Below, piece after piece: positions 1-7,883 of a stretch of 20,000 bases of DNA. The position numbers and the translations under genes are program-made. Location: IMG/VR virus record IMGVR_UViG_3300050581_000229; one strand, 5' to 3'. The first letter of the stretch is position 1, and every line of letters starts with the position of its first letter. The notes beneath the pieces were generated by a model. It worked only from the letters and a program-made list of their open reading frames with translations, did no database searches and was not told the origin of the DNA. Source of the DNA: an uncultured virus (IMG/VR IMGVR_UViG_3300050581_000229). Its lineage: Duplodnaviria > Heunggongvirae > Uroviricota > Caudoviricetes.

Positions 1-2
1 CT

Positions 3-629
3 GGCATTAAGCATGACAGCGCTAAAGTCATGGAGCTTCAATTGACTCCTAGCGGCTATAAGAATGGGCTTGGCGAATTGTGCGAACTGGAAAGCACCTA
101 TCTGTACCCGATGTTAAAGAGTTCGGATATTGCAAACAGCACAACTTCGGCACCGACACGTTGGATGATAGTTACACAACGGCATATTGGAGAGAGCACA
201 GAACCTATTAGGCACAGAGCCCCAAAGACATGGGAATACCTCAATAGTCATCACGAGTTGTTAGGCAATCGTAAGAGTAGCCTGTATAGGAACAGGCCAC
301 CATTCTCGATTTTTGGTGTTGGCAGTTACTCATTCTCGCCTTGGAAGGTAGCGATCTCAGCCCTCTACAAGAAACTACAGTTTGCTCTTGTTGCACCATT
401 TGAGGGCAAACCGGTAGTGCTAGATGATACCTGCAATTTTATTGCGTGCGAATCCAAAGAAGAGGCAACTTTCGTGCTACGGTTGCTCAACTCCGAGCCC
501 GCACAGCGATTTATTAGTTCGCTTATCTTCTGGGATGCAAAACGTCCACTTACTCTCGATATTCTAAATCGCCTTAACCTTGATCTGGTAGCAAATGAGA
601 TAGAGCCGATCAAGCGGATGTTATTTTGA
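3..629 (+). CDS. C-terminal part of a type II N6-adenine DNA methyltransferase, M.NspV-like (5'-truncated by the window edge)
   Basis: The frame is open from base 3 (GIKHDSAKVMEL). Motifs RKSSLY..RPPFSIFGVGSYSFSPWKVAISALYK and KPVVLDDTC match my recollection of the C-terminal region of the 'modification methylase NspV' family. The catalytic motifs lie outside the window. Confidence 0.75.
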   Translation, partial: GIKHDSAKVMELQLTPSGYKNGLGELCELESTYLYPMLKSSDIANSTTSAPTRWMIVTQRHIGESTEPIRHRAPKTWEYLNSHHELLGNRKSSLYRNRPPFSIFGVGSYSFSPWKVAISALYKKLQFALVAPFEGKPVVLDDTCNFIACESKEEATFVLRLLNSEPAQRFISSLIFWDAKRPLTLDILNRLNLDLVANEIEPIKRMLF

Positions 630-769
630 GTCCTTGCATAAAGAAGACAATCAAACTGCGTGGTTTCTTACTAGCAGCGCTTTCGGTGTCATGGGTTCCC
701 CTGTTGGGGAAATGATACTTCAGAAAGCGCAACGCTCTGGCGCTTGCCGCTTGCCTGATTACTTGACAG

Positions 770-1294
770 TCACTTATAAAGATATTCCGTCATCTGTGAC
801 ACGGGAACACTGGCTTCACCAGGGACATACACCACATCATCGCGGTAGCAATAGTAAAGAGCCTCCCAGCGCTCTCGGGCATGACGCCATTTAGGGACTT
901 CTTGCATTTCCACTTGAGCTACTCGTTGATTGTGAGTACGACGGCCTCGAACCATAATCACTAAGCCTAATACTATGGCACCAATAGAGACCAAGAACAT
1001 GAGTACATCTACTGTTGATCTCAAATGCGACATTAAGTTCCCTGCGGAAAAGAGGCCAAAGAACAGAAATGTGATACCCCCAAGCGCCATAAATATGATG
1101 TCTCCCTCACATCCTGAACTTGGTTTATTCGGTGCCTTTAGCTTCTGGGCTAGAGATGATACCTGTGTTCCACTGTATGAACCATCATAGCCCGCCCCTG
1201 ATACATGTTGCGTTTGATCTGCAACAATCGCGGAAACCTTCTGAACCTGATCGATTTGGCCGCAAACTGGACATGCGTGATTGCCTTTATCCAT
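770..1294 (-). CDS. Zinc-ribbon two-pass membrane protein, hypothetical
   Basis: 174 aa. N-terminal CPVCG, two hydrophobic helices (IIFMALGGITFLFFGLFSAG; VLMFLVSIGAIVLGLVIMV), C-terminal WEALYYCYRDD. Has its own promoter-like sequence. Confidence 0.75.
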   Translation of the reverse strand: MDKGNHACPVCGQIDQVQKVSAIVADQTQHVSGAGYDGSYSGTQVSSLAQKLKAPNKPSSGCEGDIIFMALGGITFLFFGLFSAGNLMSHLRSTVDVLMFLVSIGAIVLGLVIMVRGRRTHNQRVAQVEMQEVPKWRHARERWEALYYCYRDDVVYVPGEASVPVSQMTEYLYK

Positions 1295-1301
1295 GCCGCC
1301 T

Positions 1302-1329
1302 ATTGTAAAAAACGATCTTCGTTATGCAA
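1302..1329 (-). promoter_or_regulatory. Putative sigma70 promoter for 770..1294, probably leaderless
   Basis: Minus strand TTGCAT-N16-TACAAT ending 7 nt before the ATG at 1294; no Shine-Dalgarno. Confidence 0.5.
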
Positions 1330-1439
1330 CCGAGTCGCGTTGCTTGGCGCAACAGAGCAAATAGCCATTCTTGCCAGAAATCCCCTACGATATTTCATGG
1401 CTCATCACACAAGAGCACATGTCAGTTAGCATCAGACAA

Positions 1440-1468
1440 TGGACTACAATGAATTGGTTCGTTATACT
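1440..1468 (+). promoter_or_regulatory. Putative sigma70 promoter for the 1526..3794 operon
   Basis: TGGACT (1440-1445), 17-nt spacer, TATACT (1463-1468). GAGG at 1514-1517 precedes the ATG at 1526. Confidence 0.5.
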
Positions 1469-1525
1469 AAGTGAGAACGTTCTCGCCATCTATCCGCCTA
1501 ACCAAGTCTGGATGAGGCAAGTCAA

Positions 1526-2734
1526 ATGAGCCAAGTACCCAATCTTCGGTCGCGGGAAGCAGTGTTTGACTTCCTTGATGATTACGCATACCAGCGTAGA
1601 CAAGAGATTGATCGTCATCAACTCGGCGAAGGCCGTGGACTAATAAAGTCCTACGTCGTCGAGACATCGCCACATAACCCAACAATTGCAGAAACGGTGA
1701 AAGCCCTAAGGGGAACTGGATGGGATCTGGCACCTATAGAAGATGACCGTCTCTATTCAGTACAAGATAACAATGGAGAGCTTGGATATATCGAGCCTGT
1801 ATCGCCACGCTATTGGGCATTGCATACTTATCGCCAAACGAGCAAAGCTGACCCAGCAATACAGAGAACCGTGAGGGAAACACCTCAGCTAGATTCACTC
1901 TGGCTTTCTGGTGATTACTTCACGGCCTTGTGGAAGACACTTATACTACCGCAGTTTCCATATCGCTCCATCACGTTTAAATTCGAGCACAGGGCACGCT
2001 TTGAACCTAATGGTGTGCCAGAAAGCGATGACTTCGATGAAAACCAGGAGGAAGACATCGAAGAACAACCGGCATCAATATCGAGTATCACAGAGCGAGC
2101 ATCACGGATTGCCACATTCCTTCCAGACTTGCAAAAGGTTCATCCGCCCTTCAAAGCCATAAGAATGATGCGTATTCCTGCCGACAAATCGCCAGGGGGG
2201 TATGAGTTCTGGTCTTGGGGCAAAGTTACCTATCGCTCGGATGACTTCCGCGAAGGTCGAGAACAGGTATTCTCGATAACAAGGCTATATTCTCGGTTGA
2301 CCGAGGCTATTGAACAGAAGCTCTGGCTAAGTTTCGAGCGAATTAACCACACCGATGGCGAGGCATTAGCAATCACAGGTGCACCACTTACGTTAGAGTT
2401 CTCAAAACCACTTTCTAATGAGATTTATAACAACCTGCTAGATGTCACATTCGAGAATAGTCAAGGCCCCTTGCGGCTTTGGGGTAATCCCATACGGTTG
2501 AGTGCGAACCGAGCACATGTATACGGAGTAGATATGCACTTGTGGCAACGCATCTATCTAGACATCACACCTTACAGGATAGTTGCGATACTTCCTCGGG
2601 GCACCTGTGGTAACACGGCTCATCGCTTATTAACGAACGTGCAGCGTTTTGTCGATCCTGGCGTAAAGATGTGGATTGGTGATACTGGATATGACGAGCT
2701 TGTTCGTGGCACCCTACTAGGGAGGGATGGTTGA
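1526..2734 (+). CDS. Hypothetical protein (402 aa), gene A of a candidate defence operon
   Basis: Long ORF with promoter and RBS. Soluble alpha/beta pattern, acidic loop (ESDDFDENQEEDIEE), C-terminal LRLWG...DMHLWQ...CGNTAHRLLTNVQ. No family recognised. Confidence 0.85.
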   Translation: MSQVPNLRSREAVFDFLDDYAYQRRQEIDRHQLGEGRGLIKSYVVETSPHNPTIAETVKALRGTGWDLAPIEDDRLYSVQDNNGELGYIEPVSPRYWALHTYRQTSKADPAIQRTVRETPQLDSLWLSGDYFTALWKTLILPQFPYRSITFKFEHRARFEPNGVPESDDFDENQEEDIEEQPASISSITERASRIATFLPDLQKVHPPFKAIRMMRIPADKSPGGYEFWSWGKVTYRSDDFREGREQVFSITRLYSRLTEAIEQKLWLSFERINHTDGEALAITGAPLTLEFSKPLSNEIYNNLLDVTFENSQGPLRLWGNPIRLSANRAHVYGVDMHLWQRIYLDITPYRIVAILPRGTCGNTAHRLLTNVQRFVDPGVKMWIGDTGYDELVRGTLLGRDG

Positions 2735-3794
2735 CATGAGTTTTGAACAAACGCCGCTCTTCCAGTTGAACCTCATGATCTTCTTATCATGGCCCTCACC
2801 AAGTGTTGTTGTAGACCCATTATTCTATAAGGAGGGCTACGAACTCTACAAGATAGGACCTCGGATTCCTACCGCACTAGAGGCCCAAGCGCGTGCAAAT
2901 AGCAGTGTTCCTCCCATCCCTTTTACCCCAAGGCCATCGCCCGACATCGTTCTGCGGCATACTGAGAAGAAAACTATCTTAATAATAGAGTGTAAGAAGC
3001 AGAGTTTTGGGCCTGATAGCAAGCAAGCGAGCCAAGCAGCTTCGCTATTATCATGCGTCGGGCAGCATGTCGCGAGCGTGTTCGGCTTACCCTCAGAGGA
3101 ATGCTGGTCCTCGTTCCTTTGTTATGCGATGGGGGATAGTAACATTTCCGCAATGCAGGATACTATCAATGCCCTCGCTACCAAGCTAGAGGACACCTCC
3201 ATACCTGTAACCGATTCAGGATGTATAAGCATCACGGTATTACAGGATGGGGTATACATGGCAATGGAGCCGCGATCCAGGATTCCATTATCGGGCCTAC
3301 AAGATGCGACACAACCTGGCATAAAGGTCATGCCCCTTGCCGATGGTGATGATCCCCGGCCTCTCTACCTGATACCAATTGATCCCAGCATTACGGTTAA
3401 TGACGATTACGAAAAGTCGATGCTCTCGGAAAGGGTTCGGATGGCACTGGCGTCGTTGCTTGGTAGCCAGTTGGATCAAGGCGAGTTCGCGTTTGAACTT
3501 GATGATGTCATGCGTAGTGCTATAGAGGTATGGGACATGTGGGCAGATTATGATTGTCGTAAGTATGTAAAAAATGCTGTGCGCTCATACTTGCGGCTGA
3601 TATTTCGCGAAGTGAACAAGGTCGGTCTACAAGTTACTGTGGACCAAGACCGCCTGATGTTCCATCATGTAACGCCAAGTGTAGCTGCCGATACTCGACG
3701 CTACTTGAGTAGTGCAGCCTTTCGGAAGGGGCAAATTGATCTTTGGAGTTCATCTGTACAGCCAGATTTCAGCAACCTCGCGCATGGCTGGTAG
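2727..3794 (+). CDS. Putative PD-(D/E)xK nuclease-domain protein, gene B of a candidate defence operon
   Basis: SPDIVL...ILIIECKK (about 2937-2999) fits the PD-(D/E)xK motif, followed by Q-x-x-Q. Coupled to gene A. GGAGGG at 2721-2726 makes the ATG at 2736 the more likely start. Confidence 0.7.
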   Translation: MVDMSFEQTPLFQLNLMIFLSWPSPSVVVDPLFYKEGYELYKIGPRIPTALEAQARANSSVPPIPFTPRPSPDIVLRHTEKKTILIIECKKQSFGPDSKQASQAASLLSCVGQHVASVFGLPSEECWSSFLCYAMGDSNISAMQDTINALATKLEDTSIPVTDSGCISITVLQDGVYMAMEPRSRIPLSGLQDATQPGIKVMPLADGDDPRPLYLIPIDPSITVNDDYEKSMLSERVRMALASLLGSQLDQGEFAFELDDVMRSAIEVWDMWADYDCRKYVKNAVRSYLRLIFREVNKVGLQVTVDQDRLMFHHVTPSVAADTRRYLSSAAFRKGQIDLWSSSVQPDFSNLAHGW

Positions 3795-3856
3795 CCAGTA
3801 TCTCGATTTGCCGTCTATCGACAGATTGAACACACTTGTCACAGCAAATTTCGTAA

Positions 3857-4258
3857 TCAGGCACTAACTGTGGAGTCGCTCTTCCACGTTCCCTCGCTTG
3901 TAAGCCACGCCGCCACCATCCCGCAGTTCGTTCTTTTCGCTTCCCCATCATTGGCAGCCTCGATGTACTCGTACCGCTTCTCCGGCAGGAAGTTCACCTG
4001 TGCGGGCTTCCCTTTCCGCTTCACGATCATCCCCACTTCCTGCATGGCGTCCGTGATCTTCTCCCACATCCCCTTTGTCACAGTAACGCCCTTCAACACC
4101 AAGCGCGGCGATTTCACCATCGCCGTATACGCAAATTGATCCCACCAGCCATAGCCTATAAACGCAGAGACGAACTGAAGCTCGTTAGGGATTACGCTGC
4201 CGTCTGGGTTCTTGAGCGTGAGGTCAACTTCTTTCCCATTTCCCCGAAATCGAATCAT
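3857..4258 (-). CDS. Hypothetical phage protein, possible winged-helix domain
   Basis: 133 aa, ATGA overlap with the upstream gene. VTKGMWEKITDAMQEVGMIVKR looks like a wHTH recognition helix plus wing. Confidence 0.65.
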   Translation of the reverse strand: MIRFRGNGKEVDLTLKNPDGSVIPNELQFVSAFIGYGWWDQFAYTAMVKSPRLVLKGVTVTKGMWEKITDAMQEVGMIVKRKGKPAQVNFLPEKRYEYIEAANDGEAKRTNCGMVAAWLTSEGTWKSDSTVSA

Positions 4259-4563
4259 AGAGTAATGTCTATTTGGTTTCCTGTCCGCGAACAGTGGTAT
4301 CCGGCAGACTCGAACATCTCCATCACAGTATCCGCGTCGTCCGATGTATCGAAGTTTCCACGGATTCCGACAAGGCGATATTCTTCCAAGTTCACGCCGT
4401 CGCTTTGAGGATAGAGAGCGTGGAACATATCTTCGATCTTGCCTCTCATTTCCTCAAAGTTCGTAGCTGTAATCAACACCTCGGATTCATACAAATCCGA
4501 GACTTTTCCCCAACCACCATTTCGATACGGCACAAAGATTAGCACGAAGTAAATGTATTTCAT
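4255..4563 (-). CDS. Hypothetical phage protein
   Basis: 102 aa, tiles the strand, preceded by an extended -10-like TGCTACAAT. Confidence 0.7.
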   Translation of the reverse strand: MKYIYFVLIFVPYRNGGWGKVSDLYESEVLITATNFEEMRGKIEDMFHALYPQSDGVNLEEYRLVGIRGNFDTSDDADTVMEMFESAGYHCSRTGNQIDITL

Positions 4564-4577
4564 GGTGAACCCGAGGT

Positions 4578-4586
4578 TATTGTAGC
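4578..4586 (-). promoter_or_regulatory. Possible extended -10 promoter element
   Basis: Minus strand TGCTACAAT in the 32-bp gap upstream of the ATG at 4563. Confidence 0.3.
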
Positions 4587-4595
4587 AATCAGATG

Positions 4596-5183
4596 CTATT
4601 TACGCGATTGGCTGGGCAGTGGTCCGCGCTGCTGAATCGGCGGGGGCGGTGGCACCTTCTGCGCTGGCTTAACGGTGTACTTCGCGTCGTAGTAGACCTT
4701 CCAATCGTGCGTCACGAATTGCCACGACAGCATGAAGAACCATTCCGAGAAGCACAGCAGGAAAGCGAGCACGATGACGGCAATCGCGGTGATCGTCGTC
4801 ACACTTCCCGCCTCATACGCCTTCGCCTGCAACACGGCCAGGTTTGAGATGAAGTCATAGCTGTACATGCCCAACAGCAACGCATACATGAAGATCGTCA
4901 CGACCGTGGACTGCTCTCTCCGCCAATCCTCCGTCATGAGCGCCCGCGAGATGAGCAATTCTCCCGCGCTATTGAAGAACACGGTAAACAGAATCGCCAA
5001 TCCCCGGCCAGTGATAGGTTCGATGAACCTCTCTGAGATCAGCAGGTTGCCGACGATCATCCCGCCGCTGACCAGCACCGCCACCGCCGAGAACATCAGG
5101 TTCGAGCTTTGCTGGCCTTCCGAAATCTTGCCCTTATCAACCTTCCCGGTCACGCCGGAAATATCAAAGAACTTGCTACTCAT
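4596..5183 (-). CDS. Four-pass membrane protein with Pro-rich tail
   Basis: 195 aa, four hydrophobic segments, ends VPPPPPIQQRGPLPSQSRK; 8-bp overlap with the upstream gene. Confidence 0.75.
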   Translation of the reverse strand: MSSKFFDISGVTGKVDKGKISEGQQSSNLMFSAVAVLVSGGMIVGNLLISERFIEPITGRGLAILFTVFFNSAGELLISRALMTEDWRREQSTVVTIFMYALLLGMYSYDFISNLAVLQAKAYEAGSVTTITAIAVIVLAFLLCFSEWFFMLSWQFVTHDWKVYYDAKYTVKPAQKVPPPPPIQQRGPLPSQSRK

Positions 5184-5664
5184 TGAACTTCAGACTTGTA
5201 TTCCGCTTGAACGCTTCGCCGCATTCGCTGGACCAAATACGCTGCGGCATCACCCACAGACCTAACGGCGCGTAGGACACCGGATCACTTGGGCCTTTCC
5301 CCGTTACCTTGTCGATCCCGAACCACTTCACGACCTCCGGGTCGAGCAGCACCATGCTATCGTCCGCCAAGAAGACGGATTGGACGACCTCACCTAATGC
5401 GTGGTCAAAAACGCAGATTGGCGCACGCTCGAAGGTCTTCTGCGAGCCCGATTTCACAATCCGATCAGCCTCGTTCTCCGGCTTGGTATAGACACGAATG
5501 TCTGAGCCAAGGAACTCACACGCCAATTCTTCGTCTTTGAAGGAGGCCACATTTGCGACGTGTTCCTTCTTGATAAGCCATATACGATCCGATACCCACG
5601 AATCGCCCAGCAGGCACGTTCCGTGCTCAAACATCTCACGAGTTAGATAAACTTTGTCACCCAT
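5176..5664 (-). CDS. Hypothetical protein, weakly sliding-clamp (beta-clamp)-like
   Basis: 162 aa. WVSDRIWL and C-terminal LWVMPQR echo the clamp motifs ATDGHRL and YxxMPxR. Confidence 0.6.
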   Translation of the reverse strand: MGDKVYLTREMFEHGTCLLGDSWVSDRIWLIKKEHVANVASFKDEELACEFLGSDIRVYTKPENEADRIVKSGSQKTFERAPICVFDHALGEVVQSVFLADDSMVLLDPEVVKWFGIDKVTGKGPSDPVSYAPLGLWVMPQRIWSSECGEAFKRNTSLKFNE

Positions 5665-5677
5665 GTGAACCTGAACC

Positions 5678-5703
5678 GCGAGGGGCCTTTCGTGGCCCCT
5701 CGC
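5678..5703. other. GC-rich intergenic hairpin
   Basis: Perfect 10-bp inverted repeat GCGAGGGGCC-N6-GGCCCCTCGC; no U-tract on either side. Confidence 0.7.
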
Positions 5704-5709
5704 TACAAC

Positions 5710-6318
5710 CTACAGCCCCAATTCCTTCGCGATCTCAGTCAGCCCCTTATGAGCCTTCACGAGCATATCGACCCGCTTCAGGTCTTCGGTGCGCTTCTGC
5801 GTTGCCAGGTAGGTCTTCAATTCCCCGATGTTGGCGAAGATATGGGTGCCACCTTTCGACTCGACACGTGTATCTTCATCGCTATCGTCTTCAGGATCAT
5901 CGCCCATCGCGATACCGAACACGCCCATCAGCGCGTATTTCTTCGCGCCGGTCTGAGCCTTGTACGGAGCCTTGTCGCCTGAGTCAACGCCTTCACCCGC
6001 GAACTCGCCTGGCACTTGCCACACGTCGCCCGTTTCGCTATCAACCAGGATGACGTTTGCGAGTAGCCGCCAATAAGAGTCCCAACCCTTATTGCCATTC
6101 GCGCGCTCTTTCTCAACGATCTCCCAGGTGGGATTCCCGTTGCTCACGATGACGCTCAGGCCGACTTCCTGGCACGCCCTTTTGACTGCCGAGATCAAAT
6201 CCTCCGCCCTGGTATAGCTATATTTCTGTGAAATATTCACACCAGTCTTCTCAACCCAAACCAACTTTCCCTGGGCTGCAAACAACTTCTTCGCAATAGA
6301 TTCTGGAATTTTCTCCAT
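5710..6318 (-). CDS. erf: ERF-superfamily ssDNA annealing protein
   Basis: KTGVNISQKYSYTRAEDLISAVK...GL and GEGVDSGDKAPYKAQTGAKKYALMGVFGIAMGDDPE are typical ERF signatures. Confidence 0.9.
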   Translation of the reverse strand: MEKIPESIAKKLFAAQGKLVWVEKTGVNISQKYSYTRAEDLISAVKRACQEVGLSVIVSNGNPTWEIVEKERANGNKGWDSYWRLLANVILVDSETGDVWQVPGEFAGEGVDSGDKAPYKAQTGAKKYALMGVFGIAMGDDPEDDSDEDTRVESKGGTHIFANIGELKTYLATQKRTEDLKRVDMLVKAHKGLTEIAKELGL

Positions 6319-6345
6319 AGTTAGCCTCGATAAAAGCGGTAGATG

Positions 6346-6693
6346 CTACCCTGTCACCAAACATCCCCTCACTGTCTTCTTCAACTTCATGGGTAAAGCC
6401 CGTAACCAGGCATCAATCACTTCTTCCCCATAGGAATTGATGAGATGGCGCATGTTGGCGCGGTTCATCTCCGCCGTCATGTTCTCGTTCTGCCAATCCG
6501 TGACAACCACCAGGTTCATTGGGCACGTCAAGATGGCCTGTCTCGCGGGAGAACTTACCGGCACATCACTGCGCTGGACAAAGACCTCGTGAAGAGCACC
6601 GCCGCAGTTTGGAAGAGAGGTTCCATCAATGGGACTCTTGCATCCCTGGCGAAGCCATACTTGCCACTTCACCGCGAGACGTTCTGCATCCAT
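6346..6693 (-). CDS. Hypothetical protein, degenerate HNH/NinG-like
   Basis: C..IDG...C.G.LHEVFVQR...PMNLVVV resembles the H-N part of an HNH motif, but the terminal CxxCH is missing. AAGGTG RBS. Confidence 0.55.
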   Translation of the reverse strand: MDAERLAVKWQVWLRQGCKSPIDGTSLPNCGGALHEVFVQRSDVPVSSPARQAILTCPMNLVVVTDWQNENMTAEMNRANMRHLINSYGEEVIDAWLRALPMKLKKTVRGCLVTG

Positions 6694-6934
6694 TGGCTTT
6701 CACCTTCTGAGAATCGATCCGTTTGTTGCACTCCGCCCGCAAAACGCTTCCCGCCCTCCGAACCATGAATTCGATTGCGTACAACTCATCCTGATCTAGT
6801 TCCTTAAAGCTGCGAATCTTCCGGCCAATCAGGTCACTCGCGATCTCGTATCGAAATCGGCGTCCTATCGTGTGATCCCACAGCCGCGCCAGTTCAATCG
6901 CGTTCCGCTGCGACCAACCACCTACCTGGATCAG
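6626..6934 (-). CDS. Probable small hypothetical protein, start uncertain (CTG in a CTGA overlap)
   Basis: This open frame fills the 6694-6930 gap (LIQVGGWSQRNAIELARLWD...IRSFKELDQDE). The 5' part of track ORF 6626..7210 is a shadow of 6931..7341. Confidence 0.45.
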   Translation of the reverse strand: MIQVGGWSQRNAIELARLWDHTIGRRFRYEIASDLIGRKIRSFKELDQDELYAIEFMVRRAGSVLRAECNKRIDSQKVKANGCRTSRGEVASMASPGMQESH

Positions 6935-7341
6935 GCTTCGGCAGGCTCGACAGCTTTTCGCAAATGGCTCCGCAGGTATTTGTTCTTCTTGCGCCCATAT
7001 CGCGGGTTCTCGCGCATCTTGCGCACCGTTACGGCTTCCAATATCCGATACACCCCATCCCAATTGATAAACGTACATATCTCCCCATCCTGAACAACGA
7101 CAGGCACCTGGCGGCTCTGGACCGTCACGAGGTAGATTTCCTTCCCGTTCTCCCCATCCGCCGCTTTCCGGGCAATCCCCTGTTTGATCTGGGAGAGAAT
7201 GTCGTACCAAATCTCCCAGGTCAGTTCGATGCCATATCGTTCTTCTGCTCGCCTTTTACAATGAATAAACCGCGAAATCAGGCGATCCTGCGCAGTGTCC
7301 CATCTGGCATCGTCGTTGGGATCGCTTGAATCATGATCCAT
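6931..7341 (-). CDS. Hypothetical phage protein
   Basis: 136 aa, GGAG RBS. HCKRRAEERYGI...VPVVVQDGEICTF (H-x-x-x-R-x-x-ER) resembles small RelE-like-fold phage proteins; basic tail. Confidence 0.7.
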   Translation of the reverse strand: MDHDSSDPNDDARWDTAQDRLISRFIHCKRRAEERYGIELTWEIWYDILSQIKQGIARKAADGENGKEIYLVTVQSRQVPVVVQDGEICTFINWDGVYRILEAVTVRKMRENPRYGRKKNKYLRSHLRKAVEPAEA

Positions 7342-7520
7342 AGCGCTAACTCCGTTGGCTCCCCCTCGCTATCCAGGAACCCGCGCCTGGCGAGTTCCTG
7401 GATACGCCTGCTCATGCCTTCAACCGTATCAACATCTTCCGCGCCTAACACACCAGCCTCACACACGCACATGAGCGTATACATGTTGTCCGGGTCGTGA
7501 ATCCATTCCCAGTTCGTCAC
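7278..7520 (-). CDS. Hypothetical protein
   Basis: 80 aa, GTGA overlap with the upstream gene. Confidence 0.55.
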   Translation of the reverse strand: MTNWEWIHDPDNMYTLMCVCEAGVLGAEDVDTVEGMSRRIQELARRGFLDSEGEPTELALWIMIQAIPTTMPDGTLRRIA

Positions 7521-7717
7521 TCGATGGAGACCTCGATCCCGCTGATCGCTGCCCCGCCAACCAACAACGCCCTGGCGAACACGTCGAAGTCCCCCGAATC
7601 ACACACCCCACGCGCTGCTTCCGCGTCGTTGATGTAGACGGTGAAATAGGTCGCTTCGCCGAGACTATCGCTGTGCGTTGCTGACTTCACTCTGATAAGC
7701 GTTGAGTCGTTGTTCAT
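7517..7717 (-). CDS. Hypothetical protein
   Basis: 66 aa, tiles the operon; start uncertain. Confidence 0.5.
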   Translation of the reverse strand: MNNDSTLIRVKSATHSDSLGEATYFTVYINDAEAARGVCDSGDFDVFARALLVGGAAISGIEVSIE

Positions 7718-7883
7718 ACTCCCATTGCACCTCTTGCGCGTGATGCCGCGCTCTCTCTATCCTGGCGAACATTTCCTTTGTCGCCTGGCCGCGCTTGCTA
7801 GCGTGGGTCACGAAACTTGAGATGTGGTCATATTCATCCCACGCCGCTTGCGCTTTACCATATAGTTCATATAGCTCAGTCAT
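7665..7883 (-). CDS. Hypothetical helical protein
   Basis: Start moved to MTELYELY (ATG 7883, GGAG upstream), overlapping the prim-pol stop. Confidence 0.6.
   Translation of the reverse strand: MTELYELYGKAQAAWDEYDHISSFVTHASKRGQATKEMFARIERARHHAQEVQWEYEQRLNAYQSEVSNAQR

Noticed and set aside
634..894. 86-aa plus-strand ORF after the methyltransferase as the cognate endonuclease
   Set aside because: Too short, TTG start, no nuclease motif, and overlaps the opposite-strand membrane gene.
3795..3856. Convergent gap as the element's att boundary
   Set aside because: I found no matching repeat elsewhere in the window and no hairpin; the boundary cannot be placed without flanking sequence.
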